64,000 nucleotides of DNA, taken from the NCBI GenBank assembly GCA_963837955.1, contig CAWIPH010000002.1, positions 1,568,001 to 1,632,000 of the forward strand, given 5' to 3'. This stretch comes from an uncultured Verrucomicrobiae bacterium (GTDB lineage: Bacteria > Verrucomicrobiota > Verrucomicrobiia > Chthoniobacterales > JAFAMB01). The notes under the pieces are model-generated. The model was not told the DNA's origin. It made no database searches and saw only the letters and a program-made list of their open reading frames with translations. Positions within the stretch are counted from its first letter, which is position 1. Every line of letters starts with the position of its first letter. Positions 1-8,281 of this stretch are shown here, piece after piece. The position numbers and the translations under genes were made by a program.

Positions 1-598
1 GTTTCCATCTTTCGGCATCTTTAGGATCCTGGGCGAATATTGCGGTCAGCCGTTTCCAGAATAGAGGCATCGCGAGCCACGGCAGACGCGAGTAACGGGT
101 TTCCGAACGTAACGAGAGCCTCGCGTTGGCCAGGAACACCGGAACGCGTTTGTGCTCGGCTAGCGCGAGAAAACTCGGCCAAAGATCGGAATCGATGAGC
201 ACAACCCGAGTGGGTCGAATGAGTTTCCAGACCCGTTGAAGAATCGGATAGAAATCAACTGGACTGTAAATGATGCGTAGATAGGCGGCGTCCGCGCGCT
301 CCAACCCGAGTTGGTATCCGGTAGAGGTCGTAGTCGATATCACGGCGCGAAAATCGGGATCTTGCCGGCGCAACTCGGCAGCAAGACGAAGTGCGAGGAG
401 CATTTCTCCGACACTGACCGCTCGTATCCAAGTCCAGGTTCCAGTTGCGATCTGTTCGCGGAGTGCCGTGGAATAGAATCCAAATCGTTGCACGAAATTT
501 CGAGCGTAGCCGCCGCGTTTCAGCATCCGTCGAAGGTAAAAAGGAATCGAGAAGACCAACGCGAACGGTAAGAACAGATTGTAAAGAAAGAGCAGCAT
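1..598 (-). CDS. waaA: 3-deoxy-D-manno-octulosonic acid (Kdo) transferase, N-terminal part; runs off the window edge
   Basis: Absent from the ORF track. Manual translation from ATG 598 gives MLLFLYNLFLPF...WIRAVSVGE...YSPVDF...VLIDSDLWP...PVFLANARLSLRS, which are typical KdtA/WaaA motifs. Confidence 0.9.
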   Translation of the reverse strand, partial: MLLFLYNLFLPFALVFSIPFYLRRMLKRGGYARNFVQRFGFYSTALREQIATGTWTWIRAVSVGEMLLALRLAAELRRQDPDFRAVISTTTSTGYQLGLERADAAYLRIIYSPVDFYPILQRVWKLIRPTRVVLIDSDLWPSFLALAEHKRVPVFLANARLSLRSETRYSRLPWLAMPLFWKRLTAIFAQDPKDAERWK

Positions 599-606
599 CA
601 GGTGGC

Positions 607-631
607 TGAAATGCGGATTGCGGATTGCGGA
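607..631. repeat. Heptamer tandem array (GCGGATT)n; inverted partner at 1138-1170
   Basis: tgaaatgcggattgcggattgcgga versus atccgcaatccgcattccgcaattcgcatttca. Confidence 0.8.
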
Positions 632-643
632 ACAAGGAATGTA

Positions 644-1012
644 TCAATTGCGGGTCGCGGATTGGCGGCGTGATTTCGCAGTTCTGCCGCTTGCCACAAA
701 TATTGCCAGCAGCTCTCCAGCTTCTCGTTGCGCCTCGCTGCCTAAGGTGAATGTAACCAGCTTTGCGTCCTGGGCCAGTTCCAGCCAGCACTCTGTTTCC
801 GAGGCTTCCTTTTCACAGATTCCGATTTTGTGAATGAAGTCGTCACGAGATTGAGCTCGTGCGGCTTCTCGATAGTTGGCTCCAATCGAAGTGCCGCTTT
901 TTAGTAGTTGATAGCCGATCACATCAGAGACTTTAGTGCGAGGCATTTTCCCAACGATCTGGATAACTGATAGCGCAAATCGTTTGGTTCTTCTTTCAAG
1001 GTCTTTCTTCAT
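644..1012 (-). CDS. Four-helix-bundle protein (23S rRNA IVS-protein / bAvd-like family)
   Basis: 122 aa; QLLKSGTSIGANYREA.RAQS..DFIHKI.I..KEASET..WLEL signature. Confidence 0.9.
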   Translation of the reverse strand: MKKDLERRTKRFALSVIQIVGKMPRTKVSDVIGYQLLKSGTSIGANYREAARAQSRDDFIHKIGICEKEASETECWLELAQDAKLVTFTLGSEAQREAGELLAIFVASGRTAKSRRQSATRN

Positions 1013-1067
1013 TCTACAATGTCCGATTCAGATTTTGGATCCGGAGTTTAGCACCCTGGCCAACTAG

Positions 1068-1552
1068 CCTCATTCTCGCCCTAGGCTCGAATGAAATAGC
1101 AGATAGCAAATAGCAGATAGCAAATCGCCCAGCGTCGATCCGCAATCCGCATTCCGCAATTCGCATTTCATTCGAGCCTAGGGCGAGAATGAGGTAGCCT
1201 GATCGTCCACGCTCAGGTCCGTGGCGTTTGCATTTCGGAATAGGTCTTTGGACAGTTGGCGCGGAATTGGATTGGCATCGCTGTTCGGTAACTGAGGCTG
1301 GAGCATCAGTTTACTCTGTTCCGAGGACGACGACGATTGCCAGCGACTGTTTCCGACGCGACAGCTAATAGGCGCACAATCTGTCATTGTCATTTGTCAT
1401 TCATTCGAGCCTAGGGCGAGAATGGGGCCGCGAACCGGCTCAAATAAATTTTCGCCCTACCGACGCTGGGCGGGCTAGCGTTCCATCCGAGGATGATCTG
1501 CTATCTGCTATTTGCTATCTGCTATTTCATTCGAGCCTAGGGCGAGAATGAG
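1068..1552. repeat. Composite REP-like/palindromic repeat cluster
   Basis: Perfect 30-bp inverted repeat 1068-1097/1165-1194 and perfect 54-bp inverted repeat 1069-1122/1499-1552. It also holds a GTAGCCTGA...TCAGG REP at 1194 and modules shared with 14091-14930. Confidence 0.85.
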
Positions 1553-2077
1553 CACTTCCGTTCCCCCATACCGCTTTGCTCGGATGACAGACCAGATGTG
1601 CTGATCGACCGCATCGGAGCCCGTTGCTCGTTCCAATATCAGCAATCCATCGGGGGCGAGTGCTGTGGGCGCAAATGGAGACGAAAGCAGTTCGGATGCG
1701 GCATCGGGATCGCCGGTCCGCTTGGAGTAAGGAGGATCCGCAAAGACCAGATCGAATTGTTCCCGGTTACTCTTTAGAAATCCAAATGCATCGAGTCGAA
1801 CGAGCGCACCGCGCAATTTCGTTTTCTCGAAGTTGGCTTGGATCGCTGCGATGGCATCACGATGATGATCGACGAACGTGCCGTTGGCTGCGCCGCGACT
1901 CAACGCTTCGAGACCGAACGCTCCGCTGCCGGCAAAAAGATCGAGCACCCTGGCCCCAATTATGCGATCACCTAACGACGAAAAGATCGCTCCTCGGATC
2001 TTTTCCATCGTGGGGCGGATATCGTGTTTCGGAAGGCGCAGCGGTATACCTCCAGCGGAGCCCGCAATAATCCTCAT
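1508..2077 (-). CDS. rsmD: 16S rRNA (guanine966-N2)-methyltransferase
   Basis: MRIIAGSAGG, IRPT, VLDLFAGSGAFGLEALSRGA and DPPY motifs. Confidence 0.95.
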   Translation of the reverse strand: MRIIAGSAGGIPLRLPKHDIRPTMEKIRGAIFSSLGDRIIGARVLDLFAGSGAFGLEALSRGAANGTFVDHHRDAIAAIQANFEKTKLRGALVRLDAFGFLKSNREQFDLVFADPPYSKRTGDPDAASELLSSPFAPTALAPDGLLILERATGSDAVDQHIWSVIRAKRYGGTEVLILALGSNEIADSK

Positions 2078-3516
2078 CTTTCCGGACTTGGCTGAGATCT
2101 ACTCGAATCTGCAACCGGTTCCGCCTTCGAGCGATCAGAATGGTTTCCGTGGAGCAAGCGTTGGAACAGTTTGCGTTTATCACCGATGATGCGCTCGAAG
2201 AGGTTCGTTTCAGGCTTTTGGATGGAACCTGATACCTGAAAATCAAGGTAGCGACTGCGCCCATCATCCGCAGTGATGAAATTGTCTTCCAATTCGTTCG
2301 GAATTTTCTGGCTAAGGAACTGGGTAATTGTCAGGCGTCCTTTGAGGTCGAGTTGTTGCGATTCTTCCACTGTCCCCGCCAAATTGATCTGGCAATTCTT
2401 CGAGATCAGCCGGATTGAGTCGACCTGCACTTGAGGTCCGACGATCCGAAAATTGGAATCGGCTTCTTCCAAGTCCAGCCGTTGCAATTCTTCGATTTGA
2501 GTCCAGCGTCCGATCTCCTGGAGCATTGGATATTGATCCAAGTATGCGGATTTGACCTCGACAGTGCCGGATCCCGCCGCCTGGCTGGCATCGCGCCCGG
2601 CCCCGGTCAATTCAAAGGAACCTTCCAAAGTTCCGTGGGCCCTGTCTAGAAAACTACTGGTACGGCTCGTCACGTCGTTGAGGTCAATTCCAGATGCTTT
2701 GAGCTCCAGCCGGTAGGGAAGCTCTGACTTGGAGAAATTGAGATCCAACGTGCCGTTCAGATCGCCGCCGGAAAGCTTCGCGCAGATATCCTCGAGGGCT
2801 AATGAGCCGCTGTTAAATCGCACTGGTGATCCAATGTCATCAATGCTGATCGACTCGCCGATGGTCGCGTTATCCGCGTGTACTCGCCCGAGGTAGTTTC
2901 CGTGTTGGAAGTTCAACGTACTATCGAGCCCGTGAATCACTGCCGCTGTCGTACCGTCTGGTCGCACGATGCTGATGGTTGCGTTCTTCAGCTTGAAGCG
3001 CTGGATCTCCACCCAAAACTTTTGCGTCAGTGTATCTCGGATCGTCAATGACTTGGATTTTCGGGCGGCGGCCTCCGGAGTCGCCGATTCAACCGGCGGC
3101 GGAGAGGGGGCGGTCACTGTGGAAACGGCGGAACGGTTCGTCGCGTCGGCAATTTCTTTCACTGCAGCGAGTGGGATTCGCAGATCGACCTCTCGCAGCA
3201 AGATTTCTCGAACAATGATCTTTCGGCGAAGAAGCGCTAAATAATCGCATCGAATCTTTAGATTTCCCGCTTTCAGGAATGGCGTCTCAGAATCGGAACT
3301 GCCGATAGTGACGTCCTCAAAGTTTAGACCACCCCACGGAGTAAAAGTGACACGAAATACTTCCAGCGGCAGTCCCAGACTTTCGCTGACCGAATCGCGG
3401 AGATCTCGCTGAACGCCGGGAGATTGGATATAAAGATTGATTCCGAGCAGACCGATACAGAGCAGGAAAAAGACTCCGACAACCGTCCATAGTACTATGC
3501 GCAGGAAAGATTTCAC
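2074..3516 (-). CDS. AsmA-family membrane-anchored protein
   Basis: N-terminal TM anchor and beta-rich body; AsmA-like C-terminus (LDFQVSGSIQKPETNL). Confidence 0.7.
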   Translation of the reverse strand: MKSFLRIVLWTVVGVFFLLCIGLLGINLYIQSPGVQRDLRDSVSESLGLPLEVFRVTFTPWGGLNFEDVTIGSSDSETPFLKAGNLKIRCDYLALLRRKIIVREILLREVDLRIPLAAVKEIADATNRSAVSTVTAPSPPPVESATPEAAARKSKSLTIRDTLTQKFWVEIQRFKLKNATISIVRPDGTTAAVIHGLDSTLNFQHGNYLGRVHADNATIGESISIDDIGSPVRFNSGSLALEDICAKLSGGDLNGTLDLNFSKSELPYRLELKASGIDLNDVTSRTSSFLDRAHGTLEGSFELTGAGRDASQAAGSGTVEVKSAYLDQYPMLQEIGRWTQIEELQRLDLEEADSNFRIVGPQVQVDSIRLISKNCQINLAGTVEESQQLDLKGRLTITQFLSQKIPNELEDNFITADDGRSRYLDFQVSGSIQKPETNLFERIIGDKRKLFQRLLHGNHSDRSKAEPVADSSRSQPSPER

Positions 3517-3585
3517 CGTGTCGGGCCAACCGTTGCCGCTGTACTGAATACCACCAGCGACTTACTCTTAACGGGACACACTCGA

Positions 3586-4461
3586 ATGGACAAGGTTAAG
3601 CTGGCTATAATTTTTAACCCCGCTGCACGAGGAGAAAAGGCCCGGCTTCTCCAAGACAAGGTGCGGTCTTTCCCGGATGCTGACATGTTTCTCGTCTCTT
3701 CTCGCCCGGGGGAGACGGTGGAGTTGGCGCGGCGATTGGTCCAGGAAGGATACTCGAACATCGTAGCCGCTGGTGGCGACGGCACAGTCAACGAGGCAGT
3801 CAACGGAATAGCCGGATTCGACGTAACACTGGGAATTCTTCCCCTGGGAACGATGAATGTTTTCGCTTATGAACTTGGCCTCCCGCTCAACCAACCCGAG
3901 CGATGCTGGGATGTCATCCAGGAAGGATTCGCGCGCTCCATCGATTTGGCGATGGCTAATGAGCGGTACTTCGTGCAGCTGGCGGGCATAGGTTTGGATG
4001 CTTTGGCGGTCAGGGAGACGGACTCAAATGTGAGAAGGACGATCGGACCAATCAGTTACATCTTCGCAGCTGCCCAAATAATCGGCCGTCCCGCGCCGCG
4101 ACTCGAGATCTGCTTCAATGACCGAGAGACGATGGGGGGGTGCTTTGTCTTGATTGGTAATGGCCGTTTTTACGGGGGGCCGCTCTCCTTTTTTCCGGAT
4201 GCCAAGAACGATGATGGTTTGTTGGATGTCCTCGTATTCAAGAATCAAGGCTATCTCGACATCATTCGTTATCTTCAGGGCGTCATAGTCGGCAACCATG
4301 CCGATTTTGTTGACATTGAATACCGGCAAGTCCGTTCGCTGCGGGTCGGCAGTGATCGGAGCGTACCGGTGGAAATTGATGGCGAAGTCGCCTTCCACAC
4401 ACCCGCGCAGTTTAGAGTTGCGCCCCGCCAACTTCGCGTCTTTGCACCGGGGCCCGAGTAA
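3586..4461 (+). CDS. Diacylglycerol/lipid kinase family (YegS/DAGK)
   Basis: IIFNPAAR, AAGGDGTVNE, LPLGTMNVFA, GNGRFYGG and VEIDGE motifs. Confidence 0.92.
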   Translation: MDKVKLAIIFNPAARGEKARLLQDKVRSFPDADMFLVSSRPGETVELARRLVQEGYSNIVAAGGDGTVNEAVNGIAGFDVTLGILPLGTMNVFAYELGLPLNQPERCWDVIQEGFARSIDLAMANERYFVQLAGIGLDALAVRETDSNVRRTIGPISYIFAAAQIIGRPAPRLEICFNDRETMGGCFVLIGNGRFYGGPLSFFPDAKNDDGLLDVLVFKNQGYLDIIRYLQGVIVGNHADFVDIEYRQVRSLRVGSDRSVPVEIDGEVAFHTPAQFRVAPRQLRVFAPGPE

Positions 4462-4552
4462 AATTTTTGCAGAATTTGAGCAAGTGGCCTGATCGTTGCT
4501 CTCTTCTTAACTGAGCACTCGTGTCGACGAGCGGCTCTCAAGAAAAGAGAGA

Positions 4553-5383
4553 ATGAGTACGAAAAGGACACAGATCCAAGAGTTGCCCTGGTTGTTAACG
4601 CGCGGCCGGATGACATGGGCCATCGGTACTGCGCTTCTGATGGTCGTCTTGTACATCTTTCAATGGACCATGGCTTCCTTTGATCCAGGCGGTCTTGAGA
4701 AATGGTGTGGTCTCAACCGTTCCGGAATATTCTACGGATGCCTCTGGCAATTGGTTAGCTATCTGTTTGTGCAACATTTGAGCCACCCCTTTGTTTTCTG
4801 CTTCACCATTTTTGGTCTCATGGTCATCGGCAGCGAAATCGAAGAAATCATTGGAACAATACATTTTGCGCTGCTGTTTCTTAGCTCGGGAATCGTGGCG
4901 GGCATGGTTTACTTATATGCTTCACCCAAGGGGCTCTTACTCGGTACGGAGCCGGCTATCTGTGCAATAATCGTGGGCTGCACCACGGTTCTATCTGAAT
5001 TCCCGATCACGTTACCGTTCCGAATTCACTTCCGTTATAAATATGTTGGCTGGGCCTTGATTCTCGGCCTGCTAAGTTACGGTCTGCTGAGCGGACGCGC
5101 AGACGCCCATATCACCGCCCTAGTGAATTTGAGCGGCGCCGTTGCCGGATGGGTCTACGTACGAATTTTGGGATTTGGCTCCGCGCTACCCGGTGAGATG
5201 GCTTTGCGGCAAAGATTGGCGGAACGAGCCCGGGTCAAGCGACTCCCGGTGCGGCTCTATCTTGCCACCTATGTCGACCCGATTTTGGAAAAGATCCACA
5301 GAGAGGGAATTCGCAGTTTATCGCGCTCGGAAAAACAGGTTCTTCGGCATGCGCGACAAAAGGTGCTGCTTAAGGTATCATGA
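4553..5383 (+). CDS. Rhomboid-family membrane protein (possibly catalytically degenerate)
   Basis: Multiple TM segments, WQLVSYLF, and a C-terminal VDPILEKIHREGIRSLS tail. The catalytic GxSG and His motifs appear replaced (GTEP; VNLSG). Confidence 0.7.
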   Translation: MSTKRTQIQELPWLLTRGRMTWAIGTALLMVVLYIFQWTMASFDPGGLEKWCGLNRSGIFYGCLWQLVSYLFVQHLSHPFVFCFTIFGLMVIGSEIEEIIGTIHFALLFLSSGIVAGMVYLYASPKGLLLGTEPAICAIIVGCTTVLSEFPITLPFRIHFRYKYVGWALILGLLSYGLLSGRADAHITALVNLSGAVAGWVYVRILGFGSALPGEMALRQRLAERARVKRLPVRLYLATYVDPILEKIHREGIRSLSRSEKQVLRHARQKVLLKVS

Positions 5384-5389
5384 TTCCGC

Positions 5390-8077
5390 ATGAGCGGGCG
5401 TGGTGCGTGGATCGCGGAATTGGCGCGGAATGCCTGGCAGCGGAGCTTAGCGGAAAGGGTGATCGAAGATCTGGTCCGAGTGCGACCTGATTTTGGTTAC
5501 ATCTGCTCGCGATTCGCGGATCAAGGCTTGGCCTTAGTCAACTTTCTCTCGCTCTCCAGAATTGCGGTCGAGAAAATCATCGCTCGGCCCGATTTGCTGG
5601 ATTGGCTATCCGGCCCGGAGACTTCAGCTTCGAAACGCGGGCTTTGGCGCGGATGGAATCAGGATGCAGCCGATCCGCAACTGGCGGCGCTACTCGAATG
5701 GAAGTCACAGGAAATGTTACGAATCGCTTATCGCGAAGTATCCGGATTAGCGGGATTCATCGAGACCACACAAGATATCACCGACGTCGCCGAGCGCTGC
5801 GTCAATCGGGTTTATCAGTTCGCTTTTGATTTGCTCACCAAGAAATGGGGCACTCCCAATACGGGATTTGGGATCTTGGCGATGGGAAAGTTCGGCGGGA
5901 GGGAACTGAATTACAGCTCGGACATCGACCTGATCTTTCTCTATCACGAGGAAGGATTACTCAATCCGCGATTTAGTTACCACGAATTCTTTAGCCGCCT
6001 CAGCGAAAGGATCGTCGAGGTGTTTGCGACAAAGGGAAAACAACTTTTTCGAATCGACCTCAGGCTGCGTCCAGAGGGTTCCTCCGGCCCGCTGGTTCGC
6101 TCGCTAACCAGCGTGGAAAATTACTACGCAGGGTACGGCGAAACTTGGGAGAGGATGGCACTTTTGAAGGCGCGGGGAATATGCGGTGACGAGGAACTGC
6201 TCTATGAGTTCGAACATCGTCTTCAACCTTTCGTGTTTCCGCGCGCCGTGTCAGATGATCTTTTGACAGAAATCGCGGAGCTCAAACTTCGCATTGAGCG
6301 GGATCTCGTTGGGGCTGAAGATCTGCACCGGAACGTTAAACTGGGCTACGGCGGCATTCGGGAGATCGAGTTCATCGTTCAGACGCTGCAACTATTGCAC
6401 GGCGCCCGGCACGCTTTTCTCCAGGCACGGAGCACGTTAAAGGCGCTGGGGGCGTTGGCCGAATTGGAGATGCTCGATCAGCCGGCGGTTGAAACGTTGC
6501 GCAACGCTTACGTTTTCTTGCGCGCGGTCGAGCATCGTTTACAGATCGTGGATGAGCGCCAAACTCACACATTGCCGGCGAGTCATGACGATCAGTTTTT
6601 GATTGCCAAAAGTCTCGGGTTTGAGTCGGTGGAAGCGTTCGATCAAAAGCTCGGAGAACAGACCGAGGCAGTGCGTCAGGTTTTTGATCAGCTGTTGCAA
6701 ACCAGAGGTTCTCAAGGCGAGGGAACAAAGAGGGCCGACTTCTTCGAACGACCTGACGTCGCCCAAAAAACGCTCGATCGACTACGCGAAGGACCCTCCC
6801 AAGTGCATGTCTCCGCTCGTACCCGCCGGTTGTGTGCGAAGCTTGAGCCCGAGTTGATTGGCCGGCTGAGGAAGACGGCTGATCCTGATGCAGTTCTCAG
6901 CCGCTTTGTGCGCTTCGTCGATGGATACGGTATCCGCGGATTACTTTTTGAAACTTTGTTGACTAATCCGCGTTTACTTGAGCTGTTGGTCCGATTGTTT
7001 GACTCAAGTGCCGCTTTTAGCGAACTGGCGATTCATCGGCCTGAGCTGGTCGAAGAGATTGCCCGGGGCCGATCGCTCGGCGAACTACAAAGCCGCCAAA
7101 GTTTTCTGTCGAATCTGCAGACGAATCCGACCGGGTTGCCGCCTCTCACGTGGGTCCGCGATTTTCAGCGTGCGGAAATGTTGCGGGTCTTGCTTCGAGA
7201 CGTCCTGGGCCTTGCCCAGCTATCCCAGCTCCAGGATGAAGTAACAAATCTTGCGGAAGCATGCGTCGCCTTTTGCCAGAGTGTTATTCCGGGCGCACAA
7301 GATTTGACGATCATTACGTTGGGCAAGTTTGGTGGACGAGAGTTGCTCTACGGCGCGGACCTCGATCTGGTATTTATCGGTGGCGAGCCCGGCCCGGCCG
7401 AGGCCCTGATTGCGGCGCTAAGTGTAAGTACGGAATGGGGCCGGGTATTTCCGATTGATACGCGATTACGCCCTGAAGGTGAATCGAGCCCGCTCGTGGT
7501 CACTTTGGAGCGTTATGAGTCTTATTTTCGGGAACGAGCTCAAAACTGGGAGAAGCAAGCGCTTACGAAAGCGCGGGTTTTGAGTGGGCCGGAGGCTGCG
7601 ACGGCGGAACGCATCGTTGATGACTCTTGGAATTTGCTACGAAACGATCCGAAATGGCGTTCCGATCTTGGTTCCATGTACGAGCGGATTGTTCGGGAAC
7701 GAGGTAAACACGATGCGGATCTGGTCGCTTTTAAGGCTGGACGAGGAGGATTGATCGCCATCGAGTTTATTGTCCAGTATCTGGAGATTGAGCAGGGGAA
7801 ACGCGAGCCGAACACCCTCGATGCATTCTCGGCTATAGCTGAGCAGTTGACCCAAACCGAAGCGGCGGACCTCACCCAGGATTATCTTTTCTTTCGTAAA
7901 GTGGAATCGGTGCTTCGGCGGATGGAAAATAGTTCTGTCTCGCAATTGCCATCAAGTATACCCGACCAGGAAAAAATCGCGCACCGCCTCGGTTTTGCTG
8001 ACCGTAGCGCAATGATCGAAGACCAACGGCAGCGGCGCCAACGAGTAGAATCGATCTTTCAGAGAATTGTACGGTAG
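5390..8077 (+). CDS. glnE: Bifunctional glutamine synthetase adenylyltransferase/deadenylase
   Basis: Two nucleotidyltransferase repeats: MGKFGGRELNYSSDIDL / LGKFGGRELLYGADLDL, IDLRLRPEG / IDTRLRPEG, NVKLGYGGIREIEF. Confidence 0.95.
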   Translation: MSGRGAWIAELARNAWQRSLAERVIEDLVRVRPDFGYICSRFADQGLALVNFLSLSRIAVEKIIARPDLLDWLSGPETSASKRGLWRGWNQDAADPQLAALLEWKSQEMLRIAYREVSGLAGFIETTQDITDVAERCVNRVYQFAFDLLTKKWGTPNTGFGILAMGKFGGRELNYSSDIDLIFLYHEEGLLNPRFSYHEFFSRLSERIVEVFATKGKQLFRIDLRLRPEGSSGPLVRSLTSVENYYAGYGETWERMALLKARGICGDEELLYEFEHRLQPFVFPRAVSDDLLTEIAELKLRIERDLVGAEDLHRNVKLGYGGIREIEFIVQTLQLLHGARHAFLQARSTLKALGALAELEMLDQPAVETLRNAYVFLRAVEHRLQIVDERQTHTLPASHDDQFLIAKSLGFESVEAFDQKLGEQTEAVRQVFDQLLQTRGSQGEGTKRADFFERPDVAQKTLDRLREGPSQVHVSARTRRLCAKLEPELIGRLRKTADPDAVLSRFVRFVDGYGIRGLLFETLLTNPRLLELLVRLFDSSAAFSELAIHRPELVEEIARGRSLGELQSRQSFLSNLQTNPTGLPPLTWVRDFQRAEMLRVLLRDVLGLAQLSQLQDEVTNLAEACVAFCQSVIPGAQDLTIITLGKFGGRELLYGADLDLVFIGGEPGPAEALIAALSVSTEWGRVFPIDTRLRPEGESSPLVVTLERYESYFRERAQNWEKQALTKARVLSGPEAATAERIVDDSWNLLRNDPKWRSDLGSMYERIVRERGKHDADLVAFKAGRGGLIAIEFIVQYLEIEQGKREPNTLDAFSAIAEQLTQTEAADLTQDYLFFRKVESVLRRMENSSVSQLPSSIPDQEKIAHRLGFADRSAMIEDQRQRRQRVESIFQRIVR

Positions 8078-8241
8078 CCTGATGCTCCAGCCTCAGGAAC
8101 CCAGGGCGTTGCAGCGATGGTGAGAGGTCAGAAGTGATTAGTGAATGGTTCGATGCCTATCGGCAAATCTCGCATCACCCAATCATAAATCACCAATCTC
8201 AAATCACCGGCATGCACCCTGAGGCTGGAGCATCAGGCTAC
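8074..8241. repeat. REP doublet (REPIN-like): inverted 24-bp GTAGCCTGATGCTCCAGCCTCAGG
   Basis: Perfect inverted copies at 8074-8097 and 8218-8241 enclosing degenerate heptamer runs; the GTAG overlaps the glnE TAG stop. Confidence 0.85.
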
Positions 8242-8281
8242 TATCTGCTATCTGCTATTTCTTCCTCCGCTATTTCTTCCT

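Noticed and set aside
255..791. 178-aa ORF and the many antisense ORFs in the track
   Set aside because: They are shadows of real genes in other frames or strands (here waaA and the four-helix-bundle gene) or translations of repeats.
644..1012. Diversity-generating retroelement (Avd-like gene)
   Set aside because: No reverse transcriptase and no TR/VR pair with adenine-specific mismatches in the window.
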